From: Mobula hypostoma | Lineage: Eukaryota | Reading direction: 5' to 3' | Length of the DNA: 64,000 nt | NCBI RefSeq assembly: GCF_963921235.1 | Contig: NC_086097.1 | Span: 134,294,001 to 134,358,000, forward strand | Part shown: in pieces, positions 25,106 to 37,539 of the stretch | How the letters are laid out: each line of letters opens with the position of its first letter | Numbering within the stretch: the first letter of the stretch is position 1 | Translations under genes and position numbers: made by a program | The notes under the pieces: model-generated | Database searches by the model: none | What the model was told of the DNA's origin: nothing | Seen by the model: only the letters and a program-made list of their open reading frames with translations

Positions 25106-26340
25106 GATTGAGGTGTGCTTTCATTTATTTCATCAAATTTTGGTGACTTCTAAACTACTTCCAAGTTCCAGGGGTTTGAGAAATTACTATGTCAAATATA
25201 ATAATATTTTTTGTTGATGCACCGAATGTCAGCAGTAGTTTAAAAGGTGGCGATCCAATTAGAGCTTAATCTATACCCAATGGAGATTAATTTTTTAATT
25301 TATTTTTAATGAATGATAAATACTTGTATATTAATCAGAGTTCAATTATGCCAATAAGTACCAACTGGTGAAAGCTTCTATTGTGCTGATAATGGCATTT
25401 AAGAATGCAAACAGCTTTATAATTGAACCTATTTCAGATCCCTATCCATTTCCAGTGGAGATGTAAATGCCTTAAATCAGTGTAATAAAGAAGATAGCTG
25501 CTCCTATATAATGTGCAGCAATCCAGGTAAAATATTTCAAAAATCAAACTGAAAAGACTGGCATATGAGAAAACTGGGATGTTTGATAATTCCCTCTCCC
25601 TGGCTGAGAATGAACATTTTCAAGCAAGTTCTTCGTGGGTATCTGCCAACAGCTGAAAAATTATTCTCAATTCAATGTCAATTGGCACAGAGGTGGAGCG
25701 TTTCCTTGGAGGGACATAGAATCATACCTGCAATAATGCCAGGATCACAACCCGTGCGGTGCAAAACACAGAGTAAAATTAAAACAATTCCTAACCCCCT
25801 TAGCACTCAAAAACCTAACAAATTCGGCCTCAAACACACCATCAAACCCTCAGATAAGGGAGGTGCTGTAGTAGTCTGGCATACTGACCTCTACCTTGCT
25901 GAGGCCCGATGACAACTCTCAGACACATTCTCTTACTTACCCCTCGAACAGGACCCCATTAAGGAGCACCAGGCCATTGTTTCCCACACCACCATTTACC
26001 TTATTAGTTCTGGGAATCTCCCATCCACTGCCGCCAACCTCATAGTTCCTGCACCCGCACCTCCCATTTCTACCTCCTACCCAAGATCCACAAACCTACT
26101 TATCCAGGTAGACTCATTGTTTCAGCTTGCTCCTGCCTCACTGAACTCATATCTGCATACCTTGACTCTGTTTTATCCCCCATAGTTCAGTCCCTTTCTA
26201 CTTACATCTGTGACACTTCACACAACTCTGATTTCAAGTTCGCAAACAACAGGAATTCTGCAGATGCTGGAAATTCAAGCAACACACAGCAAAGTTGCTG
26301 GTGAACGCAGCAGGCCAGGCAGCATCTGTAGGAAGAGGTA

Positions 26341-26378
26341 CAGTCGACGTTTCAGGCCGAGACCCTTCGTCAGGACGA
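26341..26378 (-). ncRNA. Minimal hammerhead ribozyme motif
   Basis: GTC-CTGACGA-AGGGTCTCGGCCT-GAAACGTC-GAC on the minus strand. Confidence 0.7.
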
Positions 26379-26734
26379 ACTGAAGGAAGAGTTAGTAAGA
26401 GATTTGAAAGTGGGAGGGGGAGGGGGAGATCCAAAATGATAGGAGAAGACAGGAGGGGGAGGGATGGAGCCAAGAGCTGGACAGGTGATTGGCAAAGGGG
26501 ATATGAGAGGATCATGGGACAGGAGGTCCGGGAAGAAAGACAAGGGGGGGGGGAACCCAGAGGATGGGTAAGGGGTATAGTCAGAGGGACAGAGGGAGGA
26601 AAAGGAGAGTGAGAGAAAGAATGTGTGTATAAAAATAAATAATGGATGGGGTACGAGGGGGAGGTGGGGCATTAGCGGAAGTTAGAGAAGTTGATGTCCA
26701 TGCCATCAAATCTCTTACTAACTCTTTCTTCAGT

Positions 26735-26772
26735 TAGTCCTGACGAAGGGTCTCGGCCTGAAACGTCGACTA
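26735..26772 (+). ncRNA. Minimal type I hammerhead ribozyme motif, intact core
   Basis: TAGTC-CTGACGA-A-GGGT-CTCG-GCCT-GAAACGTC-GACTA; predicted cleavage after C26767. Confidence 0.75.
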
Positions 26773-28184
26773 TACCTCTTCCTAGAGATGCTGCCTGGCC
26801 TGCTGCGTTCACCAGCAACTTTGATGTGTCTGATTTCAAGTTCCCTGGCCCCCATCGGAAGGAGATGTCCTTCTTTTTCAAAGAAAGGAGCTTCCTTTCT
26901 TCCAGTATCAATGCTGCTCTCAACTGTATCTCTTCCATTTCACACATGTATGGTCTCACCCCATCCTCCTGCCACCCTACCAGGGATAGGATTCCTCTTG
27001 TCCTCACCTACCACCCCACCAGTTTCTGCGTCCAGCACAAAATTCTCTGCAACTTCCTCCATCCCCAACCACTAAGCACATCTTTCCCTCCCCCCGCCAC
27101 TTTGTGCCTTCCGCAGGGATCGCTCCCTACGCGACTCCCTCATTCATTTGACCCTCTCAACTGATCTCCCTGCTGGCACTTACCCTTGCATACGAAACAA
27201 GTGCTACACCTGCCCCTATACTCCCTTCCTCACTACCATTCAGGGTCCCAAACAGTCCTCCCAGGTGAGGCAACACTTCACCTGTGAGGCTGTTGGGGTC
27301 ATATACCGTGTCCGGTGCTCCTGGTGTGGCCTCCTATATATCGGTGAGACCCAATATAGATTGGGAGACTGCTTCCCCGAGCACCTACGCTCCATTCGCC
27401 AGAAGAAGTGGGATCTCCCAGTGGCCATCAATTTTAATACCCCATCCCCATTCTGATATGTCTATCCATGGCCTCCTCTACTGTTGTGATGAGGCCCACT
27501 TAGGTCGGCGGAACAATACCTTATACTCCGATTGGTAGTCTCCAACCTGACAGCATGAATATCGACTTATTGAACTTCCAGTAATGCCCCAACCCTGATT
27601 CTTCACCATTCCCCATCCCCTTTTCCCTCTCTCACCTTATCTCCTTGCCTGCCCATCACCTCCCTCCGGTGCTCCTCCTCCCTTTTCTTTCCTCCATGGC
27701 CTTCTGTCCTCTCCTATTAGATTCCTCCCTCTCCAGCCCTGATTCTCTTTCACCAATGAACTTCCCAGCTCATTACTTCACCCCTCCCCTTCCTGGTTTT
27801 ACCTATCACCTTGTGTTTCTTCCTCCCCTCCCCACAGCTTTCAACTCTACTCCTCATCTTTTTTTTCCAGTCCTGCTGAAGGGTCTTGGCCTCCCCTATC
27901 AGACTCCCCCTTCTCCAGCTCTGTATCTCTTTCACCAATCAATTTCCCAGCTCTTTACTTACCCCCTCCTCCTCCCTGTGTTACCTATCACCTTGTGTTT
28001 CTCTCTCCCCTTCTCCCACCTTTTAAATCTACTCCTCATCTTTTTTAGTCCAGTCCTGCTGAAGTCTCAGCCCGAAATGTCGACTGTACTCTTTTCCATA
28101 GATGCTACCTGGCCTGCTGAGTTTCTCCAGCATTTGTGTGTGTTGCTTGGATTTCCAGCAGCTGCAGATTTTCTCTTTTTTGTG

Positions 28185-28365
28185 CTCAAATACACCCAAT
28201 GACTCTGCCTCTACTGTCATCGGTGGCAAAAGAATTCCACAGAGTCACCACCTTTTAGCTGAAGAAATTCCTCTCATCTCAGTTCCAAAGGGACTTTGCT
28301 TTATTCTGAGGCTGTGCCCATGGATCCTAGACTCTCTTACTAATGGAAGCATCCTTTCCAGGTTG
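28185..28365 (-). mobile_element. CR1 3' fragment
   Basis: Minus strand reads like GTEMRGISSAKRW..LWNS, matching the end of CR1 ORF2. Confidence 0.7.
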
Positions 28366-29171
28366 TAGAGAGCTGGATTTTCATTTGAGTCTCAGGGTGG
28401 TACTTGAACCCACGAATAGCAATGTACATACAGCACATGTGGTCAGGGCAAGGGAAGAGAGACGACTACTCGATTTTTGGGTCCTAGAAATAAAATAACT
28501 TCTATTCTTGAGCACTGACATCCTCACCCAAATCAATTTACTAAAAAATAAAGTGAAAACAAAAAAAAGGCACCAATAATGTTATTCAAACTCAGATCTC
28601 TCAAAGAAACCGACAGAGGGCTTAATAAAGTAAATGACATAAACATATTTGCAAATAATAATGTCAGCACATTTTACACCAACCTCTGAATTCTAGATTC
28701 TACACTTCTAAAAATAAATGGAACAAGTTACACTATAATTTTGGGTTATGGTCAGGATTATAATATATAGTATTGAGTGATTTAGTTAGAAACTGAGGAA
28801 GACACAAGGCCATGTCAAAATGTATGTGATGAATTTTCACCTAGTACTCAGAGACTAGAACGATGCAATAACTGAGCTACATTTAATCTACAGTGTATCA
28901 AGCATATCACCAAATACCCTTTCAGGATGAAAGATGAAGTGAAAAAGAGAGAAACAGAACAGATCATAATCATTGGTTGATGGAAGAGTAAGCTTGTTAC
29001 GACGTGGAATTTCAAGGCAGCAATCTCACACCACTTGAGTCACCAGTATGTTTTAAAGATCGGGAAACAGCACAAAAGGATGATGCTCAGATGTGGTCCA
29101 ATAATAGTCACGTTGTTTCAGACTGCACCATCCAGCTGCACACGTACAAAAATAACACATTTGCTGCCTAC

Positions 29172-29260
29172 CTGACTGACACATGCACAACACCAGATGA
29201 CTGCGTAATGAGAGCTATCAATGTGCACACACACACTCCGCTCCTGTCAGCTAACAGTAT
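29172..29260 (-). other. Candidate 89-nt exon (coding or UTR)
   Basis: Minus strand cgtttctgtttctgtgtag|...CAG|gtaggc; open frame ILLADRSGVCVCTLIALITQSSGVVHVSV is not recognised. Confidence 0.15.
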
Positions 29261-30477
29261 CTACACAGAAACAGAAACGACTGTACAGTCCTGCCCTGTC
29301 TCCTCTCCCACTTTACTGTAAAGATCAGAAGTAAAACAGATTCAAACAAGTTGCAACTGAACATTGCCCCTGTTAAAATATAATTGTCATAATTTAGGGT
29401 AATTGTTACAACAGAGTTTTGAGCTGGATTTTAATAAATAATTATAATGGTGTGAAGTTCCTAATGTAAAGTTAAATCACACTCTATTTCTTTCAGGCTG
29501 TTTCCAGCTGCTGGACTTAAGTAATAGTTTCATGATAGAGTTGGGATGTGTTAATTGTCACTCAGTGCCTCAAGAAACAATCTGTTCCCACATGGAGAGC
29601 AGCACCAACAGACAGGAAAAAGGCTTGTAGTTTCACAATCTTATTATATCCCAAAGTGGTTTGGAGCCAACAAAACTCTTTTTAAATGCAGACGCAGTTA
29701 TAATGGAGGATATTATGTTATCACAGCACTGTACAGAACAGGTTAAGATATATTTAATAAAGTTAGTCAAAAAAAAGAAAGATTTTAAAAAGAGGAAATA
29801 AGGTAGTGATTATGTTTGTAACCAGAAATTAACTGGCAAAAGAACTAGATGGGGTGAAGAGTTTGCTTCCTAAAAAGAGTGACTTGGAATTTGTCACGAG
29901 AAAAGGCAGTGGATGCAGAGGTAATTGTAACTTTCAAGAATAGATAAATACTCGAAGTAAACTGTGTAAGGCTGTGGCAAAATAACAGGAGGTGGGAAAC
30001 TAAATGGATCGCCTCTGCAAAGAGCACAGAAAACACGATGGCTGTTATGGCTTCATCTGTGCTCTACGATTGGCTCGATTTAGATCTCCACAGGGAAGAA
30101 GGCCCACATGGAAAGCAGATTAGTGATTTGAGTGTGTTAGATATGATTCCACACATACATACTGTAGGAAGTGTGGGAGCAGCCAAGTGAGGCAGGGTAC
30201 TGAAATACAAAAGTTGGGGCACTCATTCGCAACAGGAGTGAGAGGCTGACTTGTTCAAGGCATATAACATGTCAGCAGGTTCAATTAGAAGCCATCTGCT
30301 GAGTGAAGTTGAAATTGAAAGCCTTATGCAGCTACATGAAGCACTTCTGAAGGAAACCTGCCCCATGTTTGAAACTGACACTGAAAAGTCAATGTACTCT
30401 GCTTTTTATTCATTAATGACATGCACACAAGTGGTCAGAAAACAGGTTTTACAATCCTCAGATCCTAGGCTATCCTA

Positions 30478-30900
30478 CTAATAGAAGCATCCTCTCCATA
30501 TCAACTCTATGCAGGCCTTTCAATGTCTTGTAGGTTTTAATAAGATTTCTCCTCAATCTTCTGAACTCCAAGTACAGGCCAGATAAATCAAATACTTCTC
30601 ATGTGTTAAGCCTTTCTTTCTGGGATCATTCTTGTGAACCTCCTCTGGGCTCTCTGTAGATCCAGCATATCCTTCCTTACATACATACATACAGGCCCAA
30701 AATTCCTCATAATGCTATAAGACCGCAAGATATAGGAGCAGAATTAGGCTAATTGGCCCATCGAATCTATTCCACCATTTCATCGTGGCTGATTCAATTT
30801 TCCTCTCAGCCCCAATCTCCTGCCTTCTCCCCACACCCCCTCATGCTCTGACCAACCAAGAATCTATCAACCTCTGCCTTAAATATACATAAAGACTTGC
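30478..30900 (-). mobile_element. Two adjacent CR1 fragments (ORF2 end and 3' UTR)
   Basis: 'atcattcttgtgaacctcctctgg' and 'ataggagcagaattaggc...ctctgccttaaatat'. Confidence 0.75.
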
Positions 30901-30944
30901 ATTTATTCTGGATGGGACTTGGTTTAGAGTTAATGTAGTTTGTT

Positions 30945-31235
30945 TAAGGTGACACAATGCAGCCAATTTGCACACAACAAGCTTCCAGAAGCGACAGTGT
31001 AAGGAAGGACAGATATTTACCTGGGCAGCAGAGGGAACACTACTGTCTCTAGGACCTGCTGTGTTCCTCTGCATGGTCATACAGATCCTCAGCTTAATAC
31101 CTCACCCGAAAGATGATTCTTCTGACCATACACCACTCTCTCAGTACAGCAGCATACCATTGCAACTAGACGTTGTGCTCAAATTACAACCATGGGACCT
31201 GAAGCAACAATATGTTCACTCAGTCAAAATTGAGA
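30945..31235 (-). mobile_element. Deu-SINE (SacSINE1-like) fragment
   Basis: 'gcagccaatttgcacacaacaagcttcc', 'ctcacccgaaagatg', 'ctctctcagtac'. Confidence 0.55.
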
Positions 31236-31396
31236 ATGCTGACAAACACAGCAACCATGTTATCTTTTGTTTAAGATGGCACGGGTGAATCTCAGCATTT
31301 TCAAGCTGCTGGTAAGGTAAATTGACCAAATATTTTGTTAATCACTCTTTTTTTTCCTGGCAGACGGCCATCACAAGCAATAGTCTGTAACATTTT

Positions 31397-31752
31397 GGAG
31401 GTGTATAAAATGATGAGAGGCATTGATCATGTGGATAGAGGCTTTTTCCCAGGGCTGAAATGGCTAGCATAAGAGGGCACAGTTTTAAGGTGCTTGAAAG
31501 GAGGTACAGAAGAGATCTCAGGGGGAGTTTTTTACGCAGAGAGTGGTGAGTGTGTGGAATGGGCTGCTGGCGACGATGGTGGAGGCAGATACGATAGGGT
31601 TTTTTAAGAGACTCCTGAATAGGTATATGGAGCTTAGAAAAATAGCAGTTATGGGCAACCCTAGGTAATTTCTATAGTAAGGACATGTTCGGCACAGCTT
31701 TGTGGGCCGAAAGGACTGTATTGTGCTGTAGGCTTTCTATGTTTCTATGTTT
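31397..31752 (+). mobile_element. CR1 3' end (relatively young)
   Basis: EVYKMMRGID...FTQRVVSVWNGL; (tttctatg)n tail. Confidence 0.9.
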
Positions 31753-31759
31753 CCCTTTG

Positions 31760-32283
31760 GACTAGGAGGCAATTCTATGTGGCAAGACTGAGGCGAGGTG
31801 AGGCGAGGCAGCGGGGCTGCCACTGAGAGTGAGACCTGAGGTTTGATCAATTTAAGTGCAGGGTTGAGTCAGAGAAGTCGGGTAGAAACCTAATTGAGGC
31901 CGCGGGGTCCAGGCCCCAGAGCGTATGGAAGCGGGTGAGCCCAATGCTTGGATGACAACTTAAATGCATGGCCAGATTGAAAAGGTTAGGGTGCCAGGGC
32001 CCAGGGTGAGGGACGAGCCAGTTCGGCCCCTGGTCCGCTCTGCACTGAACTAAGGGTGTGGGGACAGACTCTCTATAGACTTCAGTTTAGAACACTAGTT
32101 GCTTGCGTTCATTGTTTGCATGATTTGTTTCTTTTTCTCCGCACATTGGGTGTTTGATGCTCTATTTTTTAAAGGGTTCTTTTGGGTTTCTTTGTTTCGT
32201 GGCTGCCTGTTAGGAGATGAATCTCAAGGTTGTATAATGTTTACATACTTTGATAATAGGTATACTTTTAACTTTGAACTCTG
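31760..32283 (+). mobile_element. GC-rich non-autonomous retroposon with an (actttga) tail
   Basis: GC-rich body; 3' end 'atctcaaggttgtataatg...tactttgataat...actttgaact'. Confidence 0.45.
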
Positions 32284-32999
32284 AGATACTTGACCATTTA
32301 AACTGTTTGGTTCTAACTGTTAATTTCTTCCTACTGCTGATTGTTAGTTATTGTACATGCAACAAACCCCTTGTAAGATTGCAGAACACTCCAATCTTTT
32401 AACAGGTAAGCTTTAGATATGGTGACCGAGTGCCTAACTGAGATCTACTGGCATGCCTTTGGTTAGTATGTTTGCTATAGTGATGTGATCCTGGTAAGCA
32501 GCCTTTATCAGCATGAACAAGCCAAATATTATCAGGACTGATAGTGAATATTTTCTTTTGCATGCAAAGGTTATCTAAGTAACTAAAGGAAGAGGATTGC
32601 AGTGATTACTTCACAAACGCTGAAATGTTATACTTGTTTATTTGCTGAAATTCCATTGCTTTTGCCAAAATTCCATCAAGGGTGCATACCATGTGATCAT
32701 GATTTACCTTATCCTTCCACATCAAGGATCAAGTAAAATAAGGACTAATGTATTAAATATCTTACAATATAGCACACTCTTTTTATATTATTTTGTGACT
32801 CACTTGTTAAGCACTAGATTTGACTGTAAGTTCAACCTTGCTGTCTCCCTACTGTCTCTAAAGGACTGTGTAAAATCAATGAAGAAGAAGAATCTCCACC
32901 CAGAACACCAACTTTCCTCCATAGATAATGGCTGACCTGCTGAGTTCCTCCAGCCCCTTTTCTGTGGTCATTGCCAAGCTATTTTACTTAACCTTCAGC

Positions 33000-33320
33000 T
33001 AGTATTTATAATGCACCTTCATCATTGTAAAAAGTTCCAAGGAGTTTAGGGTTAGCAAACAGCTTTATTCTGAATCTGACAGTGGTGTTAAGCTAAATAA
33101 CCAAGTGCTTTAAAAAGATAGGGCTCTTAAGGTGCAGAAAGGGAGGGAATATTAAGGCTTTGGGCCAAGGCATCTACTTACCCTGGCAGCCAATGATGAA
33201 GTGCTGAAAACTGGAGACAATCAAGACTAGTATTTCAGTGATGTTACAGAGGTAGGGAGAGGAAAGGCTAATATGGTTTTCTGTAAACAGGATGATAATT
33301 TTAAAATTGAGACCTTTTAC
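33000..33320 (-). mobile_element. Old L2-like LINE 3' fragment
   Basis: Shares motifs with 45490-45740 and the reverse complement of 4020-4270. Confidence 0.4.
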
Positions 33321-34524
33321 CCATTTGTGCTGAACAGTCAAAGAGAAAGACATCTACTGAGGCTGGTAGAGAAGGGAGTTGTGATTGCAATGACAATAAC
33401 GGAATTATATTGATCCTCACAATGCAGATTCAAGAGGATTCTGCCAGCAATTAATGTAACAATGGATACTGGGGTGACCGAAAGTTTAACCAGCAGTTGC
33501 CTCCTGAAGATAATCATTATCCTCAATCCTAAAGATCTGTCATTAAAGCTTCCTTGCAATTGTTTCTGTGCCAAATAGCTGATTTAATAGAAAGATGGGA
33601 GACTATTTCCTCCTTCCCAGAAAGGAAAAAAAGGAATTAGAGGATGTCACCACTTTTGTTTAACTTTGCTAACTTCACTGTGGAATCCTACCATTAGACA
33701 GAATTAGATTTTGAACCACTTGGGTTTTTGTTCAAGTTTCTATGATACGAAGGAGGTACAAATTGTTATATTTTGATTTAGTCTAAAGTGCTAGTTGACA
33801 ATAAAGTTTAGAAACTGATTTACACCCCATATGATTCACAGCCCAAACATTTACAACCTGAAAAAAGGATCTAGTGCTTCTTTTACAACCCTGTTTACAT
33901 TGTCCCACTTACACAAGCCAATCTGCACCCTAATTTACTGCCCTTTAATGGAGTCCAAATTTCTCCATCAGAGTGGGGCAAATATGGTTTAATGCAAAAT
34001 CAGGTAATCTGCATAAGGTCTTTCAACTTGGCAGGAAAAACTCACTTTTAAATAGATGCTTATATTTTATCCATGTTATTACAGTTTACAGTTGGCTAAA
34101 TGACCTTATCTTTGGTATCTGGAGGAGGACAATTGAATGATTGTGCATTTGATGTTGACATGCTCCAAGCAGGGATTTTTAAGTGCTTGCAAATCTTTAA
34201 ATCATATTCGCACATTACCCTCTTCTGTAAAGTGCAAGTATAAATTAAAAAGAAATCAATACGCTTGACTCCATTCATTCTACACTTTTTTCCTTGGAAA
34301 ATGATGGAATAGTGCATTCAATTACCCTGGCTTGTCACTTTTATACATGGGTGTCTCCCCATAACACCAGAAGTTGAATGCAGTGACTCATTGTTACAGG
34401 AAGAAGAATACACTTCAATGTGTGCTCTTTACAACATTTTTGACAATGAAATTTGCAACTAAAATGACTCGTGGATTTCAGCAATTACTGTCACTTAGAA
34501 GCATATCTCAACTTTCACTAAATT

Positions 34525-34814
34525 AGGGGCGCCATGGCATCGTGGTAGCTAGCAAAATGCTATTACAGCTTGGGGCGTTGGAGTTCGGAGTTGTTTGTAA
34601 GAAAGTTTGCATGTTCTTCCCTAGTGCCCTTAGGTTCCCTCCAGGAGTTCTGGTTTCCTTCCACAGGCCTAACGCATTCCAGTTAATAGGTCAATTGGTT
34701 ATTATAAATTGTCTTGTGATTAGGCTAAATCAGTGGGTTGCTGGGCAGCAGGGCTTGGTGAGCCAGAAGGACCTGTCGTGCACTCAATCTCGAAATAAAA
34801 TTAAATAAATAAAA
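34525..34814 (+). mobile_element. tRNA-derived V-SINE, degenerate
   Basis: tRNA-like head, V-core 'gtttgcatgttcttcc...tctggtttccttccac', (aaat)n tail. Confidence 0.6.
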
Positions 34815-36564
34815 AGGCCTTGACTTTGGAAGACTCAGGTAATAGAGTACCTTGAGTGAAGTTTGTCGTTGTTACCTTGGTGTTGCTTCAGTGCCAGATT
34901 AGTCAATTTGTGTTAGTGTGAAAAATCTTGCACAAATGCAGTTAATTAACAGTCTGAGGGAGGTCACAAGCTCTCTATGTATTTTTCAGCATCAGCCCAC
35001 AAGCAAGTAACTTAAAAGAATGCTAGCACAAGACCATCTAAAAAATGGACTAATGTGCAAAATCAGAGAGGCAGTATAACTTCCAAAAAACAGGAGCATT
35101 TAAAAAAAGATACCAATGTTATCCTGCTGAACGTTCAATGGAATTGTCATCTTAGGTGAAAGGCTTTCTTGACATTAGTCACTATATTTAATAATGTAAG
35201 CATAAAATGTTTGGGGAAACAATTCAAAGTGGCATGACAGACACCAAGGCAGATAGATTAAAAATTAAGTGTTGATGCTATATTCACCATGCCACTCACA
35301 AACAACATATATCAATTTACTGACACTTAAACATGCAAAGAATGCCTTTAATTTAAACCCTCTTCAGGATTCTATTTTTGGGTGATAATGGTATAAGAAA
35401 GCCATATGACAAAATTTTAGTGAATAGAGGTTTTTTTTAAACAAAAAATATGCAATTCTTTTTCCTCAGAAGATTAAATACTATTATAAATTTTAAATGT
35501 TAATTTGAGTTTCCAATATATAAAATTGGATTTGAATTTTAGTTTTCACCAAGCAAAGCAGATGTGGATACAAAATGTATGAATTTCTCGAGGCAGCTGT
35601 TCAAAGTGTCACAATTGCAAATGGTATGCAAGGTGTGGCAAATCATTTCCTTGTTTTTTAACAATAATACAGTTCTGTACTTACATAAGGGCAAACAATT
35701 TTCAATTTATCAATACCTTATTGGGTGATGTGTTTTAAATGCAGGATTTCTGAGAACAAACTTCTGACATTTAGTTGAACTAAGTGAAGTGTGATTCAAA
35801 TGGTGTCTCTGGATACGCAAGATTTCAGACGATTGTTAAACCATATGGTAGTTTTTTTTCCCTGCCATCATTGTGAGAATTTGATGCTGTACATCTGTGT
35901 TCAGTGAAATAAATGGTGCAACTGACAGCATTTCAGCTTTCTTAAAATATTTCAATCATTCTAACACCAACTTTCAACAAACATCTGCTACAGAAAATTC
36001 ATTCCCCTGCAATGCTATGTGTCATTCACTATCCTCTTAATTATTCCATTTATTTTATTGATCTCAGCCAAATCTTTTAGAACTCTATCCTTTCAGAATC
36101 TGATTGCTTAGAAGTTTAAATCTTTTTGTCAAATTTGACATCCTTTTTGTTTATTTCATGTGCAAGTTGTGAATATGTTTCATGTTTTAACTGTTCCGTT
36201 ACCAAATGTTTCTGACAGCTCTCAAAAAATGCAGTTTGGTTTGACATTAACATCTGGCAGAATGATTCCCAATGAATTTATAATTTTCAGCATCTTGACA
36301 GGAACAGAGGCGTGCATAGAACAGTGGAATATGTAATGTTCTCCACCCACCCCCCACCCCAACAGTTCCCCAAGTCAAAATTCATCCTGAGTTGGATATA
36401 TTTTGCTGATCCTTCAATACTGGGTCAAAATCCTTGCTAGCTAACGGCACTGTGGAAGTATGTGTTGCAAACTGACTGCAATAGTTCAGTGCAACAGCTG
36501 ACAATTTATTGAATGCAATTGAGGATGAAAAATAAACGCCAGTCCTTTGAATTTAAGAAAATAG

Positions 36565-37191
36565 CTCCCTAACTTCTAACTCAGAAGGACGTGGCTCAGG
36601 TTCCAATCCAGGAACCTGAATACATGTTCTAGGCGCGTCTTTCCACTCCATTGCTGTGGGAGTTCATTTGGATGAAAATTAAACCAAGGCCTTTGTGGAA
36701 TTCATTGCCACAGGCAGCTGTGGAGGCCAAGTCTTTACATATATTTAAGGCAGAGGTTGATAAGATTCTGGATTGGTCAGGGCATGAAGGGATACAAGGA
36801 GAAGGCAGGAGATTGAGGCTGAGAGGAAAAATAGATCAGCCAGGATGAAATGGCACAGCAGACTCTCATCGGCCAAGATGAAAGGGCCTAATTCTGCTCC
36901 TATACCTTATGGCCTCTTCTGTTTGCTGAGGGTATCATAAAGATCTTGATCCCACTAATCAGAAGCCTTGAAGGAAAGTTGTTATGATGTTTTTAAACTG
37001 ATTATTATTTCTTCTTCCAAAATTACTGAAAGAGACACATTGGTTATTATCATATTACTTGTGGAGAACATGCTAGATGCAGATTGATGATGCATTCCTA
37101 CACAACTACAGCAGCTACTTTTTAAAAGTTCCTCATTGGAAGTATAACAACCTTGGGCACCTTGATGTCATGAAAGCTGCTAAATGAATAA
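36565..37191 (+). mobile_element. Deu-SINE (SacSINE1-like) interrupted by a CR1 3' fragment at 36693-36910
   Basis: SINE head 'ctaactcagaaggacgtgg...ttccaatcc', Deu core after 36916; insert LWNSLPQAAVEA is flanked by GGCCT (36688-36692 and 36911-36915). Confidence 0.6.
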
Positions 37192-37323
37192 GAGTCTGAA
37201 GAAGGGTCTTGGCCTGAAACGTCGGATATTTATTCATTTCTGTCGATGCTTCCTGACCTGCTGAATTTCTGCAGCATTTTGTGTGTGTTGTTTTGGATTT
37301 CCAGCATCTACAGACTTTCTTGT
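37192..37323 (+). mobile_element. Penelope pLTR 3' fragment starting at an intact hammerhead core
   Basis: CTGAAGA-AGGGTCTTGGCCT-GAAACGTC followed by the pLTR tail; stem I is poorly paired. Confidence 0.75.
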
Positions 37324-37539
37324 AATCAGCAGTTTTTCTCTGTTTCCAAAACCTGGTCAGATGTACATTCACATTTCAGTTTGAACAATGAGGATTCCAC
37401 CTATTAAAAACGTGAAGCTTATTCTCAATCGTATTTTCCAGCTAGAAAAAATTTGATATATATAATTTGAATACCGATTTTTTTCTTTCCCAAATGAGGA
37501 TCCCTGGAAATTTATGTAAAACATTGAGAAAGAGTGCAA

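Larger units (their letters stand above)
26242..26828. mobile_element. Young fold-back Penelope pLTR insertion with 15-bp TSD
   Basis: TCTGATTTCAAGTTC at 26227-26241 and 26829-26843; arms at about 26284-26406 and 26706-26828 are reverse complements. Confidence 0.92.
25835..28180 (+). mobile_element. Penelope-like retroelement: RT N-part, deleted RT core, GIY-YIG endonuclease, tandem pLTRs
   Basis: TIKPSDKGGAVVVW; YLLPKIHKP; FKFPGPHR joined directly to KEMSFFFKER; GTYPC..KCYTCP...VIY...C..CGLLYIGET..RL..FPEHLRS; pyrimidine-rich pLTR repeated at about 27590-27890 and 27890-28180. Confidence 0.92.

Noticed and set aside
27645..28202. 185-aa Pro/Leu/Ser-rich ORF (also 26370-26672 and 46154-46648)
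   Set aside because: Stop-poor translations of pyrimidine- or purine-rich pLTR and low-complexity DNA.
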